Shown here: positions 1-11,365 of the stretch, piece by piece | How the letters are laid out: each line of letters starts with the position of its first letter | How positions within the stretch are numbered: position 1 is the first letter of the stretch | From: Eledone cirrhosa | Taxonomy: Eukaryota | NCBI GenBank assembly: GCA_964016885.1 | Contig: OZ024764.1 | Location: 5,332,001-5,396,000, forward strand | Reading direction: 5' to 3' | Length of the DNA stretch: 64,000 nucleotides | Program-made: the position numbers and the translations under genes | Notes under the pieces: model-generated | The model's database searches: none | Seen by the model: only the letters and a program-made list of their open reading frames with translations | What the model was told of the DNA's origin: nothing

Positions 1-730
1 TAGAGGTCGGTGTCCACTAGGGCTCTGTTCTTAGCCCACTCCTGTTCGTTAAAGTATTGCAAGCAATAATGGAGGTGATTATGACCGGATGCCCATGGGA
101 ACTCCTATATGCGGATCATCTCACACTTATAACCGAATCTATGGTGGAACTATACTTGCTCAGTATGTAGGAAAGGAGTAGGCTGGCTGCAAAAGGTTTT
201 CCCCTCAAAATGAAAAGCAGACTGTATGATGTGGGTATACGAATAGCAATGTTACATAGTAGTGAAACCTGGGCGCCGTCTGTGGAAGACTTGCATAGAT
301 TAGAAAGAAACGAAGCCTGCATGCTCCGATGGATGTGTAATAGTAATATACGCAAACGGCAAAGCATAAATGAATTGAGAGAGTGACTGAGCATAAGAGG
401 AATGAAATGCTGTGTGCAGGAGAGGATGTTGCATTGGACATGTGATGCGTATGAAGGATGACAGCTGTATAAAAAGGTGTAGAGCAGTAGAAGTCGATGG
501 AAGCCGTGGAGTGGGGAGACCCAAGAAGAGCTGGGATGAGGTGATAAAAGCCGGACTCACTGTAAATGAGGTTGGTGTTAGGAAGGGCATCCAGCTGTAG
601 GAATCAAGCCAGAATCAGTTCCTGTATGAGCAAGACAAGGTCAGCTGAACAGACACTGCCCACAACAGGACAACCCGTCTAACCCATGCTTGCGTGGAAG
701 AATGGACGTAAAACAGTGATGAAGATGATA
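1..730 (+). mobile_element. Decayed RTE-clade LINE fragment (RT C-terminal half, 3' UTR and tail)
   Basis: Encodes GVH*GSVLSPLLF, CPWELLYADH and HSSETW with stops and frameshifts. Ends in AACCCATGCTTGCGTGGAAGAATGGACGTAAAACAGTGATGAAGATGAT. Paralogous to 17380-18108, 34691-35420 and 61029-61930. Confidence 0.85.
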
Positions 731-732
731 TA

Positions 733-2090
733 TCATATATGCTAGTGTACTATTTGACATTTGGAGCCTAAAAATATCTCTCCAAAACCAGGGGTCGACT
801 TGTCTGCTGAATATAGTATGTTACCTTTACCACTGAGGGGTAAACAGTGAAACTGCCTGCCTAACACTTGTTGTACACCACTTACCATAACTCTAGCAAC
901 CCACCACATTTATTTCTACTGAATCTCATATTTGTTAAGTTTAACGTAGAGATTATAGTAATATCAATGTCTTGCTGTAGCTTATAGGGTAGGATACTGT
1001 AGCGTAGGTTACCATAGGGCAAGTTACTGTAGGGTAGGTTACTATAGGGTAGGTTACCATAGGGTAGGTTACTGTCTGGTAGGTTACTGTAGGGTAGGTT
1101 ACTGTCTGGTAGGTTACCATAGGGTAGGTTACTGTATGGTAGGTTACTGTAGGGTAGGTTACTGTATGGTAGGTTACCATAGGGTAGGTTACTGTAGGTT
1201 AGGTTACTATAGGGTAGGTTGCGATAGGGTATGTGACCATAGCGTAGGTTACTATAGGGTAGGTTACCATAGGGTAGGTTACTACAGAGTAGGTTATTAT
1301 AGGGTAGGTTACCATAAGGTAGGTTATTATAGGGTAGGTTACCATAGGGTAGATTACTATAGTGTAGGTTACCATAGGGTAGGTTACCATAGGGTAAGTT
1401 AACTCAGGGTAGGTTACTATAGGGTAGGTTACCATGGGGTAGGTTACCATAGGCTATATTATCATATGGTAGGTTACGGTAGGGTAGGTTACTATAACAT
1501 AGGTTACCATAGGGTAGATTACTATAGGGTAGGTTACCATAGGGTAGGTTACCATGGGGTAGGTTACCATAGGCTATATTATCATATGGTAGGTTACTAT
1601 ACGGTAGGTTACTGTAGGGTAGGTTACCATAAGGTAGGTTACTGTAGGGTAGGTTACCATAGGGTAGGTTAAGGTAGGGTAGGTTACTATAACATAGGTT
1701 ACCATAGTGTAGATTACCTTAAATTAGGCTACCATAGGGTAGGTTACTATAACATAGGTTACCATAGTGTAGGTTACCATAGGGTGGCTTACCATGGGTT
1801 AGGTTACTATAGGGTTGGTTGCCATAGAGTAGGTTACCATGGAATAGGTTGCCATAGGGTATGTTACCATACCATAGGGCTGGTTATCATAGGGTAGGTT
1901 ATTATAAGGTAGGTTACCATATGTTTGTTAAGGTTAGGCTAGGCTGGTCTACTCGGTGAGTTAAAACTCACTTGTGACTGTAGTGTTATAGAAGAAGTGT
2001 CTTAATCTTTAGTGCGCCACTAAATTTTTTAACTATTTCCCCTGAAACTGCCTTATTTTTTGGGTGTCGTCTTATGAATCGAATAGTGTC
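733..2090. mobile_element. pogo/Tigger-like non-autonomous DNA transposon, right end truncated
   Basis: Starts TA|TCATATATGCTAGTGTAC, the left TIR of the full copy at 18112-19943. Internal sequence matches that copy until it fuses to an RTE UTR at about 2090. Confidence 0.6.
984..1940. repeat. 15-bp tandem satellite (consensus ATAGGGTAGGTTACC / GTAGGGTAGGTTACT)
   Basis: Directly visible 15-bp periodicity made of TAGGG-TAGGT-TACYR pentamers. Confidence 0.97.
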
Positions 2091-2720
2091 GTATAGGACT
2101 ATCTGGCATGTTTTCTATGGCTGGATGCCCTTCCTAACACCAACCACGTTTACAGTGTGGGGACTGGGAGGTTTTTACCATGTTAACTACACGGCCAATT
2201 TACAGCGTGGACTGTGTGTTTTATTGTCATGACACCTACACAACCTCATTTATTTAGAACTGGATGTTGTGTCACCAACATAACTTTACAGAGATGGGGG
2301 TGGGAGTAGTGGGCTGGGGGCGTATATTTGGTTAAGAGGTGCCTACTGACTGTAGGTTTCGTTTTGTACTTAGGCAAGGCGGGTCTTCTGTATTACTGCG
2401 TAGCGCCAAAGAGCTCGGTCCAGTGACATTGTCTTAGAGAGGTGTAAGTGTGTAAGGTCGGAATTTATCAAATCGTTCCAGGATTTTCTGGGTCTACCTA
2501 CTCCGTAACTTCCGTCAATTTTGATCACCCTGCACTTTTTTATAAAGCTGTTGTTTTACATGCGCATCACGTGACCATACCAACGTAGTCTTCTCTCGAG
2601 TAAACAGCATCTGATCCCTCTTATTCCTAATTTCTCACTTAGTTCATTTATGCTTTGCCGTTCACGTATATTACTATTACACATCCAGCGGCGTATTCAT
2701 GCTTCGTTCCTCTCCAGTCT
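2090..2720 (-). mobile_element. RTE LINE 3' fragment
   Basis: Reverse complement gives LERRLRWYGHVMRM-like C-terminus and 3' UTR. Paralogues at 52325-52950 and 63220-63858. Confidence 0.8.
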
Positions 2721-2904
2721 GAAACAAACTTCAACAAATGAGACAACCACTTAATAACCTATAGATCAAGTGAGCCCACCAGCCAGATAGATTTCATTGT
2801 TACCAGAAGACAGAGTGACTGTTATAAACACAAAGTCCCTCCCTAGTGAAGAATGCACCTCCCAACATACCTTAGGAGACAACCTGGAAGAAAAGAGTAT
2901 AGAT

Positions 2905-3650
2905 CAAAATCAAAAGGTCTTAAAGTCAATTTGGTAAAGACTAAAGTTCTAGTAAGTAGAAAGGAAAGCTGGGCCCAGATCTCTTCAGGTAAACTGTCCT
3001 GCTCAGTGATATATGCAAATGGCAATATATGTAAATGGCAATATATGTAAATGGCAAAACATAAATGTACTGGGAGAGAAATTAGGCATAAGAGGGATTA
3101 GATGCAGTGTGCAGGAGAGGGATTGTTTTGGTACAGACATGTGATGTGTATGAAGGGTGACATCAATATAAAAAGGTGCATAACGCACAAAGTTGACAGA
3201 AGCCGTGGAGTGGGCAGGTCTAGGAAGACTTAGGATGAGGTAAGGAAAGCTGACTTTGTACAATTACACCTAGCTAAGGCAATACAGGATGGTGACCTCT
3301 GGCGCTATGCACAATTATAGAGGACCTGCCCTCATAAATCCACGAGCTGAGGCATATATCTAGTATGTAACACTTTCCCCACCATCATCCCTCCCAAACA
3401 TCTTAATTGATGTTATCATCCCACCCCTATAACTACATCAACAATCCACAAGACATTTTCCCCACCAACACCACACACAAGTTCCCAAACCTCACCATAA
3501 CGTGGTCCCACTGCAGCCATGACAAATGTGCCCAGTTCACTCTGTAAAGTGGTATTGTAGGTGTCCCTACAAAAAGCACCCAGCACACTGTGCAAATGTG
3601 GTTGGCATTAGAAAGGACATCCAACCATAAAAACCAAGCTAAAATCAGTT
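2905..3650 (+). mobile_element. RTE LINE fragment with internal deletion and 3' UTR
   Basis: KGLKVNLVKTKVLVS, then LGEKLGIRGIRCSVQER and a DLWRYA terminus. Paralogue at 53137-53870. Confidence 0.8.
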
Positions 3651-3714
3651 CCATGTGAGTGAAACATGGTCCTCTGACCTGATCTCCCACAATGGGACAA
3701 CCCAGCCAACACAT

Positions 3715-4085
3715 TGCCATTACTTAAGTGCCTTTCCAGAGATCAAGGCCACCTGGCACACACAAGTCAGTCAGAGAACACCTTCTTTATTTAAGGCTTT
3801 TAACATCTCGAGCCAGATTTCATCTTCCCCAGCAGTTTTACCACATTTGAGCACTTTAACTGCTCTTGTGACCTCAGCCTCTGAGAGATTAGTCACCACT
3901 CCCAGATACACCTCATCTACATCCAAAGATGCTGTTGTGATCGGGTTTAGGAGGTCAGCAGCATATTCTCCCACCTTGTGAGGATGCACCTTTCTGAAGA
4001 TAAGAGAACCCAGGTTTCATACTTGATAGCAGGTGTGGAGGAGGGCTTCATATTACGAAGTCGGTGGATGATCTGCCAAAACATT
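3715..4085 (-). mobile_element. Fragment of a second RTE family (Expander/Rex3-like), pre-RT region
   Basis: SEAEVTRAVKVLKCGKTAGEDEIWLEMLKAL resembles the KAPGxDxI..EMLKAL motif at the start of RTE RT domains. Paralogue at 53930-54300. Confidence 0.65.
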
Positions 4086-4119
4086 TTATGTGCATATGTA
4101 TGTATATATATACATATAT

Positions 4120-5960
4120 ATCATCATCATCGTTTAATGTCCATCTTCTACGCTAGCATGGGTTTGGACGGGAATTTTCCCACTTGAGGCAAGATTGGTT
4201 ATCTTGCACGTATAGGACTGTCTGGCAGGTTTTCTACGGCTGGATGCCCTTCCTAACACCAACCACGTTTACAGTGTGGACTGGGAGGTTTTTACCGTGT
4301 TACCTACACGGCCACATTACAGCGTGGACTGTGTTTTTTTTTGTCGTGACACCTACACGACCTCATTATTTCGGGCTGGATGTTGTGGTACCAACATAAC
4401 TTTACATCGAGAGGGGTGGTGTGGATGGGGTGGGGGTAGTTGGGCGGGGGTGTATTTTGGTAAGAGGTGCCTACTGAGTGTAGGTTTCGCTTTGCACTTA
4501 GGCAAGGCGGGTCTTCTGTATTACTGCATAGCGCCAAAGATCTCGGTCCAGTGACATTGTCTTGGAGAGGTGTAAGTGTGTGAGATCGGAATTTATCAAT
4601 TCGTCCCAGGGTTTTCTGGGTCTGCCTACTCCGAAACTACCATCTATTTTGATCGCCCTGCACTTTTTTATACAGCTGTCGTCTTTCATGCGCATCACGT
4701 GACCATACCAACGTAGTCTTCTCTCGAGTAAACAACATCTGATCCCTCTTATTCCTAATTTCTCACTTAGTTCATTTATGCTTTGCCGTTCACGTATATT
4801 ACTATTACACATCCAGCGGAGCATGCAAGCTTCGTTCCTCTCCAGTCTGCGTATATGCTCTGCACACAATGCCCAGGTCTCACTGCCATGTAACATTGCT
4901 GTTCGTATACAGGCATCATACAGCCTGCCTTTCATTTTTAGAGAGAACCCTTTAGCGGCCAATAGTGGTATAATCTCTCTGAACTTTTTCCATCCAGTTC
5001 TGACTCTAGCTACTGTACTTTCAGAGCACCCTCCACCACTGCTGATTTTGTCACCCAAGTAACGGAAGGTGTCCACTATATCTATAAAAGCATCTGTGCA
5101 ATGGAATGAGCTAGTATTCTGTGGGCACTTTCCCGCTACTTATTGCACCTGAGCACCGGCCACATATAAAATCTATATTCTTAGTTAGCTTACCTGTGAT
5201 CCCACTACATCTTTTATGCACCCACACTTTGCATTTGGGACATAAAAGGGAGTTTCTGCCTACTCCTTTCCTGAGCATGGCCATTTCCCAGATGGGATCA
5301 GTGCCCTATTTTCCCTCCTACATACTAGAACTTTAGTCTTAGGCAGGTTAATTTTAAGGCTTTTTGATTCTAGGCCATGCTTCCATGTTTCGAATTTCTT
5401 CTCTAGTTCAGCCATTGATTCAGCTATAAGCGTTAGATCATATGCGTATAGGAGTTCCCATGGGCAGCCACTCTTGAACTCCTCTGTTATAGCATGAAGG
5501 GCAATAATAAATAGTAGGGGGCTGAGGACGGAGCGCTGATGAACACCAACTTTTACGCTAAACTCTTCACTATATTCGTTGTTAATTCTAACCTTGCTGA
5601 CTGTTTCTTTATACATGGCTTGTATAGCTCTCACAAGCCATTCATCAACACCTAGTTTTCTGAGAGCCCACCAGATAATGGGGCGTTGGACTCTGTTAAA
5701 GGCGTTCCCCAAGTGAAAAAAAGCTAAGTAAAGGGGTTTACTTTTAGCTAGGTACTTCTCCCGTAGTTGTCATACAATGAAAAGAGCGTCTGTGATACTT
5801 TTACTTGACACAAACCCAAACTGCATTTCATCTAGATCAATTCTCCCTCTGATTAGTTGCGCTATTACTTTTTCTGTGACCCTCATGAACTGGTCTATTA
5901 ATTTAATGCCTCTATAGTTTCCCCTATCTAGGGCATCTCCTTTACCCTTGTAGCAGTTAA
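4120..5960 (-). mobile_element. RTE LINE, 5'-truncated RT pseudogene with tail
   Basis: ORFs 5260-5712 and 4498-5076 give AFNRV, GVHQRSVLSPLLF, LLYAYD, FRYLG and LHGSETW. (GAT)n tail at about 4120. Confidence 0.9.
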
Positions 5961-6103
5961 TGATGATGATATATATATAAAAGAATTAGGATTTCGCTTC
6001 AAGCATATCTTTATACAATATGTATAAATATTTTGTATCTCCAAAGAAATACGGTTTTAGGAAGCCTTAGCTCTGCAAACCCTGGGGGGGGGGGGGCTAA
6101 CGT

Positions 6104-6268
6104 CCTCTGCTGATGTCCAGCAGAAGCAAGGGGGACAACCGTCTATGCATTTCAGGCTTAACTGGCCATCGTCAGGACAGTCCCGCTCACTGCTTGCGAC
6201 TGCTGGCCAGTTAAGCATGAAATGCATAGACGGTTGTCCCCCTTGCTTCTGCTGGACACCACCAGAGG
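6104..6268. repeat. 165-bp fold-back with 65-bp arms; copies at 9041-9205, 22838-23002, 25716-25880, 40264-40428, 42926-43090, 56311-56475
   Basis: CCTCTGGTGATGTCCAGCAGAAGCAAGGGGGACAACCGTCTATGCATTTCAGGCTTAACTGGCCA is followed 35 nt later by its near-perfect reverse complement. Confidence 0.95.
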
Positions 6269-6385
6269 CCTTGAAACCTTAAGTCCCTTTTGCTCTGTGT
6301 ATGAACAGAAATAAATAATGTAATATATATATATGTGTGTGTGTGTATCTATTTATATATTTAACTATATTTTTTGTAATCACAG

Positions 6386-6427
6386 GAGACTTGATATGGA
6401 GAGAGATCTTTTATACTTCGATTATAG
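6386..6427 (+). CDS. Putative micro-exon 1 (42 nt, phase 2-2; RLDMERDLLYFDY)
   Basis: TTTAACTATATTTTTTGTAATCACAG | 42 nt | GTAAGT. Confidence 0.7.
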
Positions 6428-6544
6428 GTAAGTTTTAGTTTTACACACTATCTAACCTTTATACAATCTGCTCCTTCCCGTCTCTCTCTCTCTCTCTCTC
6501 TCTCTATTGCTCCAGTTTACTCAGCTGTAGAAATGAGATGATAG

Positions 6545-6577
6545 GATATGCTTCACTAATATAAAAAAGAAATTGAT
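6545..6577 (+). CDS. Putative micro-exon 2 (33 nt; ICFTNIKKKL), native acceptor replaced by SINE sequence
   Basis: GATGATAG | 33 nt | GTAAGT. Same exon as 40547-40579, which has a normal acceptor. Only phase 2 is open. Confidence 0.45.
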
Positions 6578-6966
6578 GTAAGTGTTACCTTAACATACTG
6601 TCTAACCATTGTTTAATCTGCTCCTTCCTCTACCTCTCCCTTTATACACACACACACATATATACCCCTATATATATATGTATACACACACACACACAAA
6701 TATATACACATATATACACACATATATATATAATCACATATATATATACATATATACAAGCGAGACACGGCCTGCTGACCAATCTCGCCTTAAGTGGGAC
6801 AAAACCGTCCAACCCATGCTAGCATGGAAGATGGACTTTAAATGATGATGATATATACACACTGACACATATATATACATATATATATACACATATATAT
6901 ACGCATATATTTATACATATATATATATACACATATATATCCGCATATATATATATATATATATAT

Positions 6967-7078
6967 GAGTTCAAGTCCGCCGAGGTTAACTTTGCCTTTC
7001 ATCTTTACGAGGTCGATAAAATAAAGTACCAGTGGTGTACTGGGGTAATCGCTGGCCTTGTGCCAAAAGTAGAAACTA
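6967..7078 (+). mobile_element. SINE fragment (B box plus Deu/Nin-like domain); copies near 9688, 23637, 26367, 40927, 43556, 56966
   Basis: GAGTTCAAGTCC B box, then TTTGCCTTTCATCTTTACGAGGTCGATAAAATAAAGTACCAG, recognised from memory as the Deu/Nin SINE core. Confidence 0.65.
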
Positions 7079-7191
7079 TAATTATATATATATAACCAAA
7101 GATTAATATAGTTCGTTGATTACTCAACGAATACAGTTGTACAATAGATTAGAAGAACTCAACAGTGAAAGTTTTCCTGGACTTTTTAATA

Positions 7192-7445
7192 TTAACAAAT
7201 GAAAAATATTCTCATAATCAAAATATATACTTTATTATATACATTTCAAAGGTATATGACATACCTCTACGGTCTTGATTCTTCAATTCCAGTATTGCAG
7301 TCACTGCCAATACTGGAATTGAAGAATCAAGACCGTAGCGCTATGTCATAATCATATATTTTGTCTGATGAGGACGTACTGAAAAAACAACAATATATAT
7401 AATAAAGTATATATTTTGATTATGCGAATACTTTTCATTTGTTAA
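7192..7445. repeat. About 254-bp fold-back containing decayed hammerhead halves; copies at 23864-24117, 41154-41407, 43787-44040, 57191-57444
   Basis: Outer arms TTAACAAATGAAAAATATT...ATTATATA and inner arms CTACGGTCTTGATTCTTCAATTCCAGTATTG are each matched by a reverse complement. Confidence 0.9.
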
Positions 7446-7456
7446 CATTTTGAATA

Positions 7457-7504
<48 letters not shown>

Positions 7505-7570
7505 AGGTAAAATGAATAATGAAAGAGTTGCAAGCCTTTAAAACATATCTTTATAAAGCTCTTACATATG

Positions 7571-7629
<59 letters not shown>

Positions 7630-7633
<4 letters not shown>

Positions 7634-7860
7634 CATTTTATGTCCGCTTTTCCCTGCTTGCAAGGGTTGGGCTCTCACCACCACTGGCCATGATTTTCGT
7701 GGTCTTCCTTTTACTGGGATTTTTTAGCACCTCTTTACCCAGCAGTCATCCTCGGTGCACATCACTTGTCCATACCATCTCAGTCTTCTCTCCTGCACAC
7801 CACAACTCATCCCCAGTTTCTCTCTCAACTCATCTATGGTCTTGTTGTTCACGCACATTG
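7630..7860 (-). mobile_element. Short RTE 3' fragment; copies near 10130, 24310, 26810, 41535, 44745, 45530, 57630
   Basis: IDELREKLG..C.VQERRLRWYGQVM plus a GCAAGCAGGGAAAAGCGGACATAAAATGAT tail. Confidence 0.75.
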
Positions 7861-7894
<34 letters not shown>

Positions 7895-9319
7895 TAATTC
7901 TATTGACTGATTAATAGCTCTTGTTAATTTTAAAACCATTCTGTTGAGAGCTTAATTCGTTCTGTGATATTTTGCAATTTTGCAATAACACACATACTGA
8001 ATTCATCCGCCAAAACTAAGGGCTGCCCCCCCCCCCCCCCCCCCTGTGAAGCCCCACGTGGGTTTTGATAACGGTCAGTCCTTGGCTTGGCACTGAACTA
8101 AAAGCCTGTTGAGAAAGTGACTTCCTTGTTCGATCATCATACCAAAAGCTTAACATTATTTGTCTAAGTAGACAGTACTTGATTTAGGAGTTGCAGAAAC
8201 CCAATACTGGATATTACCAACCTTCCAGGGGTCCGGGTATAATTTTCCATCATATTTTATTTGTTTTACTCGAATTACTTGGTCGTGTCTATGGCTGTGC
8301 GGATAATTGTTTAACCATCGTCTCAGTGTGTTTGGCCTTTTAACTTATGTTGTTGCTCTAGTTCACTAGCTTCTATGGAGCGCCTGCCACACATCTCGGA
8401 AGTTGTTTTTCGTTAATTTCCAATAGCAGAAATGCAATTCTCGCTAATTTATATATATATATATATATATATATACACGTATAAGGGATAACAAAATATC
8501 GTTATAGGTAATCCAGGTAGAAGTTGTGAATACTCTGTATTGTGGTTAGTCTTAGTCTACGGCGTTGTTTGACTCAACAAGAGGTTTCCGTAGGTGGCAA
8601 GTATTTGAGTTCTCTTGAATTTCTATGTAAGTTTATCTTGGAGTAATAATATTGAAAGCGTGAAGAATAACATGGTCAACAGTACAAAAGAAGGTTTTTA
8701 TTTACAGTATTAACAATTGTTTCACTGATTAAGTTGTCTAAAAATCGCTGAAAACTTAAAGCTGTGCCACTCAATCTACTATATATATTGGAAGTGGTCG
8801 GACGTTGTATATTTAAGTAAATAAGTAGGTGTAGTCGGATAAACGTCGAAACGGCTTGGTAGAATGCAGCGAAAATTTACACAGTTATGCAGAATTGTAG
8901 CAGTTAATGATGATATATATGTAAAAGAAATAGGATTTCGCTTCAAGCATATCTTTATACAATATGTATAAATATTTTGTATCTCCAAAGAAATACGGTT
9001 TTAGGAAGCCTTAGCTCTGCAAACCCTGGGGGGCTAACGTCCTCTGGTGATGTCCAGCAGAAGCAAGGGGGACAACCGTCTATGCATTTCAGGCTTAACT
9101 GACCATCGTCTGGACAGTCCCTCCCACTGCTTGCGACTGCTGGCCAGTTAAGCGTGAAATGCATAGACGGTTGTCCCCCTTGCTTCTGCTGGACATCACC
9201 AGAGGCCTTGAAACCCTAAGTCCCTTTTGCTCTGTGTATGAACAGAAATAAATAATGTAATATATATATATGTATGTGTGTATCTATTTATATATTTAAC
9301 TATTTTTTTCTCATTACAG

Positions 9320-9352
9320 CACCAATCATTCCTTCGCTTACAAGAAATTTAT
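9320..9352 (+). CDS. Putative micro-exon 3 (33 nt; TNHSFAYKKF)
   Basis: TTTAACTATTTTTTTCTCATTACAG | 33 nt | GTAAGT. Confidence 0.7.
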
Positions 9353-10397
9353 GTAAGTGTTACCTTAACAAACTGTCTAACCATTGTTTAATCTGCTCCT
9401 TCCTCTACCTCTCCCTTTATACACACACACACATATATACCCCTATATATATATGTATACACACACACACACAAATATATACACATATATACATATATAT
9501 ATACACACATATACATATATACAAGCGAGACACGGCCTGCTGACCAATCTCATCTTAAGTGGGACAAAACCGTCCAACCCATGCTAGCATGGAAGATGGA
9601 CTTTAAATGATGATGATATATATACACTGACACATATATATACATATATACAAATATATATACGCATATATCTATATATATATATATGAGTTCAAGTCCG
9701 CCGAGGTTAACTTTGCCTTTCATCTTTACGAGGTCGATAAAATAAAGTACCAGTGGTGCACTGGGGTAATCGCTGGCCTTGTGCCAAAAGTAGAAACTAT
9801 ATTTATATATATATAACCAAAGATTAATATGGTTCGTTGATTACTCAACGAATACAGTTTTACAATAGATTAGAAGCACTCAACAGTGAAATTTTCCTGG
9901 AGTTTTTAATATTATTCAAAATATTAACAAATGAAAAATATTCTCATAATCAAAATATATACTTTATTATATACATTTCAAAGGTATATGACATACCTCT
10001 ACGGTCTTGATTATTCAATTCCACTATTGGCAGTGACTATATATTTATAGGCAAAATGAATAATGAAAGAGTTGCAAGCCGTTAAAACATATCTTTATAA
10101 AGCTCTTACATATGTTATATATATATATATCATCATCATCATTATATGTCCGCTTTTCCCTGCTTGCAAGGGTAGGGCTCTCACCACCACCGGCCATGTT
10201 TTTTGTGGTCTTCCTCTACTGCGTCTTCCTTCTACTGGGATTTTTTAGCACCTCTTTACCCAGCGGTCATCCTCGATGCACATCACTTGTCCATACCATC
10301 TCAGTCTTCTCTCCTGCACATCACAACTTATCCCCAGTTTCTCTCTCAACTCATCTATGCTCTTGTCGTTCACGCACATTGACACACACACATACAC

Positions 10398-10428
<31 letters not shown>

Positions 10429-10654
10429 TATAAGGGATAACAAAATATCGTTATAGGTAATCCAGGTAGAGGTTGTGAATACTCTGTATTGTGGTTAGTC
10501 TTAGTCTACGGCGTTGTTTGACTCAACAAGAGGTTTCCGTAGGTGGCAAGTATTTGAGTTCTCTTGAATTCCTATGTAAGTTTATCTTGGAGTAATAATA
10601 TTGAAAGCGTGAAGAATAACATGGTCAACAGTACAAAAATAGGTTTTTATTTAC

Positions 10655-10760
10655 AGTATTAACAATTGTTTCACTGATTAAGTTGTCTAAAAATTGCTGA
10701 ACACTTGAAGCTGTGCCACTCAATTTTAAATATGTTGTTAGCTTAACCAGATCATCAGAA

Positions 10761-10764
<4 letters not shown>
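10655..10764 (-). ncRNA. Degenerate type I hammerhead ribozyme with extended stem II; copy at 27336-27445
   Basis: Minus strand: AATATT CTGATGA T CTGGTTAAG ... CTTAATCAG T GAAA CAATTG TT AATACT. The base pair closing stem II is lost. Confidence 0.5.
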
Positions 10765-10805
<41 letters not shown>

Positions 10806-11269
10806 TACAAATTATGTCCATAGAACCATTTGATAAGATATATACACCATTTCCTCTCCCAATTAGCATAATCAACCACACAAAAAATCAATTAGGCCAG
10901 GCTATAAGATTAAAAGGCACCTATGATAAAATAGTAGATAAATAAACGACAGCATTTCAATAGCATGTGGAAATCAATTAAATATATCGTCAACCATACA
11001 CAATTAGGTATAAAATTAAAGTTAGAAGAAAAAATGCATATACACATACCAGGATTACGTTTCTACGCTTTAGGGTTTCGTTTGCATTTGGAAATATACT
11101 ATCAAGGATAAATTCGATATAAATTCTATAAATTTATCAAGGATAAATTTATAGTATATTGCTCTGATTATTTAATTTATTAATTCATCATTGAGCCACA
11201 TCGTGAATGGTTGCCAAAAACATATATATCTATGACTTTGTCTAGTTTGTGTATATGTAAATCTTTATA

Positions 11270-11362
11270 TTGATTGTTCCTTATGTAGCACAGCCTTTCA
11301 GATTCCATCTTTGCGCACAAGTCTACAGCAAGCTGGTTGAAGAGTACTCTTGCACGGTGGAA
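11270..11362 (-). mobile_element. Helitron Rep/Hel N-terminal coding scrap; copy at 27971-28063
   Basis: RVLFNQLAVDLCAKMESERLCYIRNNQ resembles the Helitron motif LFQQ..VD.YAKIESERL.FIR.NQ (recalled, not searched). Confidence 0.65.
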
Positions 11363-11365
11363 CAG

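Noticed and set aside
984-1940. Telomeric repeat array
   Set aside because: Contains TAGGG/TTAGG-like pentamers, but the true period is 15 bp and the array is internal to a TIR element.
7519-7914. Hydrophobic IYIY/THTH ORFs
   Set aside because: Translations of (TA)n and (CA)n microsatellites plus antisense LINE.
8594-8626. Another 33-nt AG...GTAAGT segment (TTCCGTAG|GTGGCAAG...CTAT|GTAAGT), repeated in several units
   Set aside because: Weak pyrimidine tract, unrelated flanks, TGA in phase 2, no accelerated divergence, and it lies within a repeat relic. Worth rechecking only if RNA-seq supports it.
8955-9164. Recurrent 69-aa minus-strand ORF MHFxLNWPAV...
   Set aside because: Runs through the 165-bp palindrome, has no recognisable domain, and is disrupted in the 6.1-kb copy.
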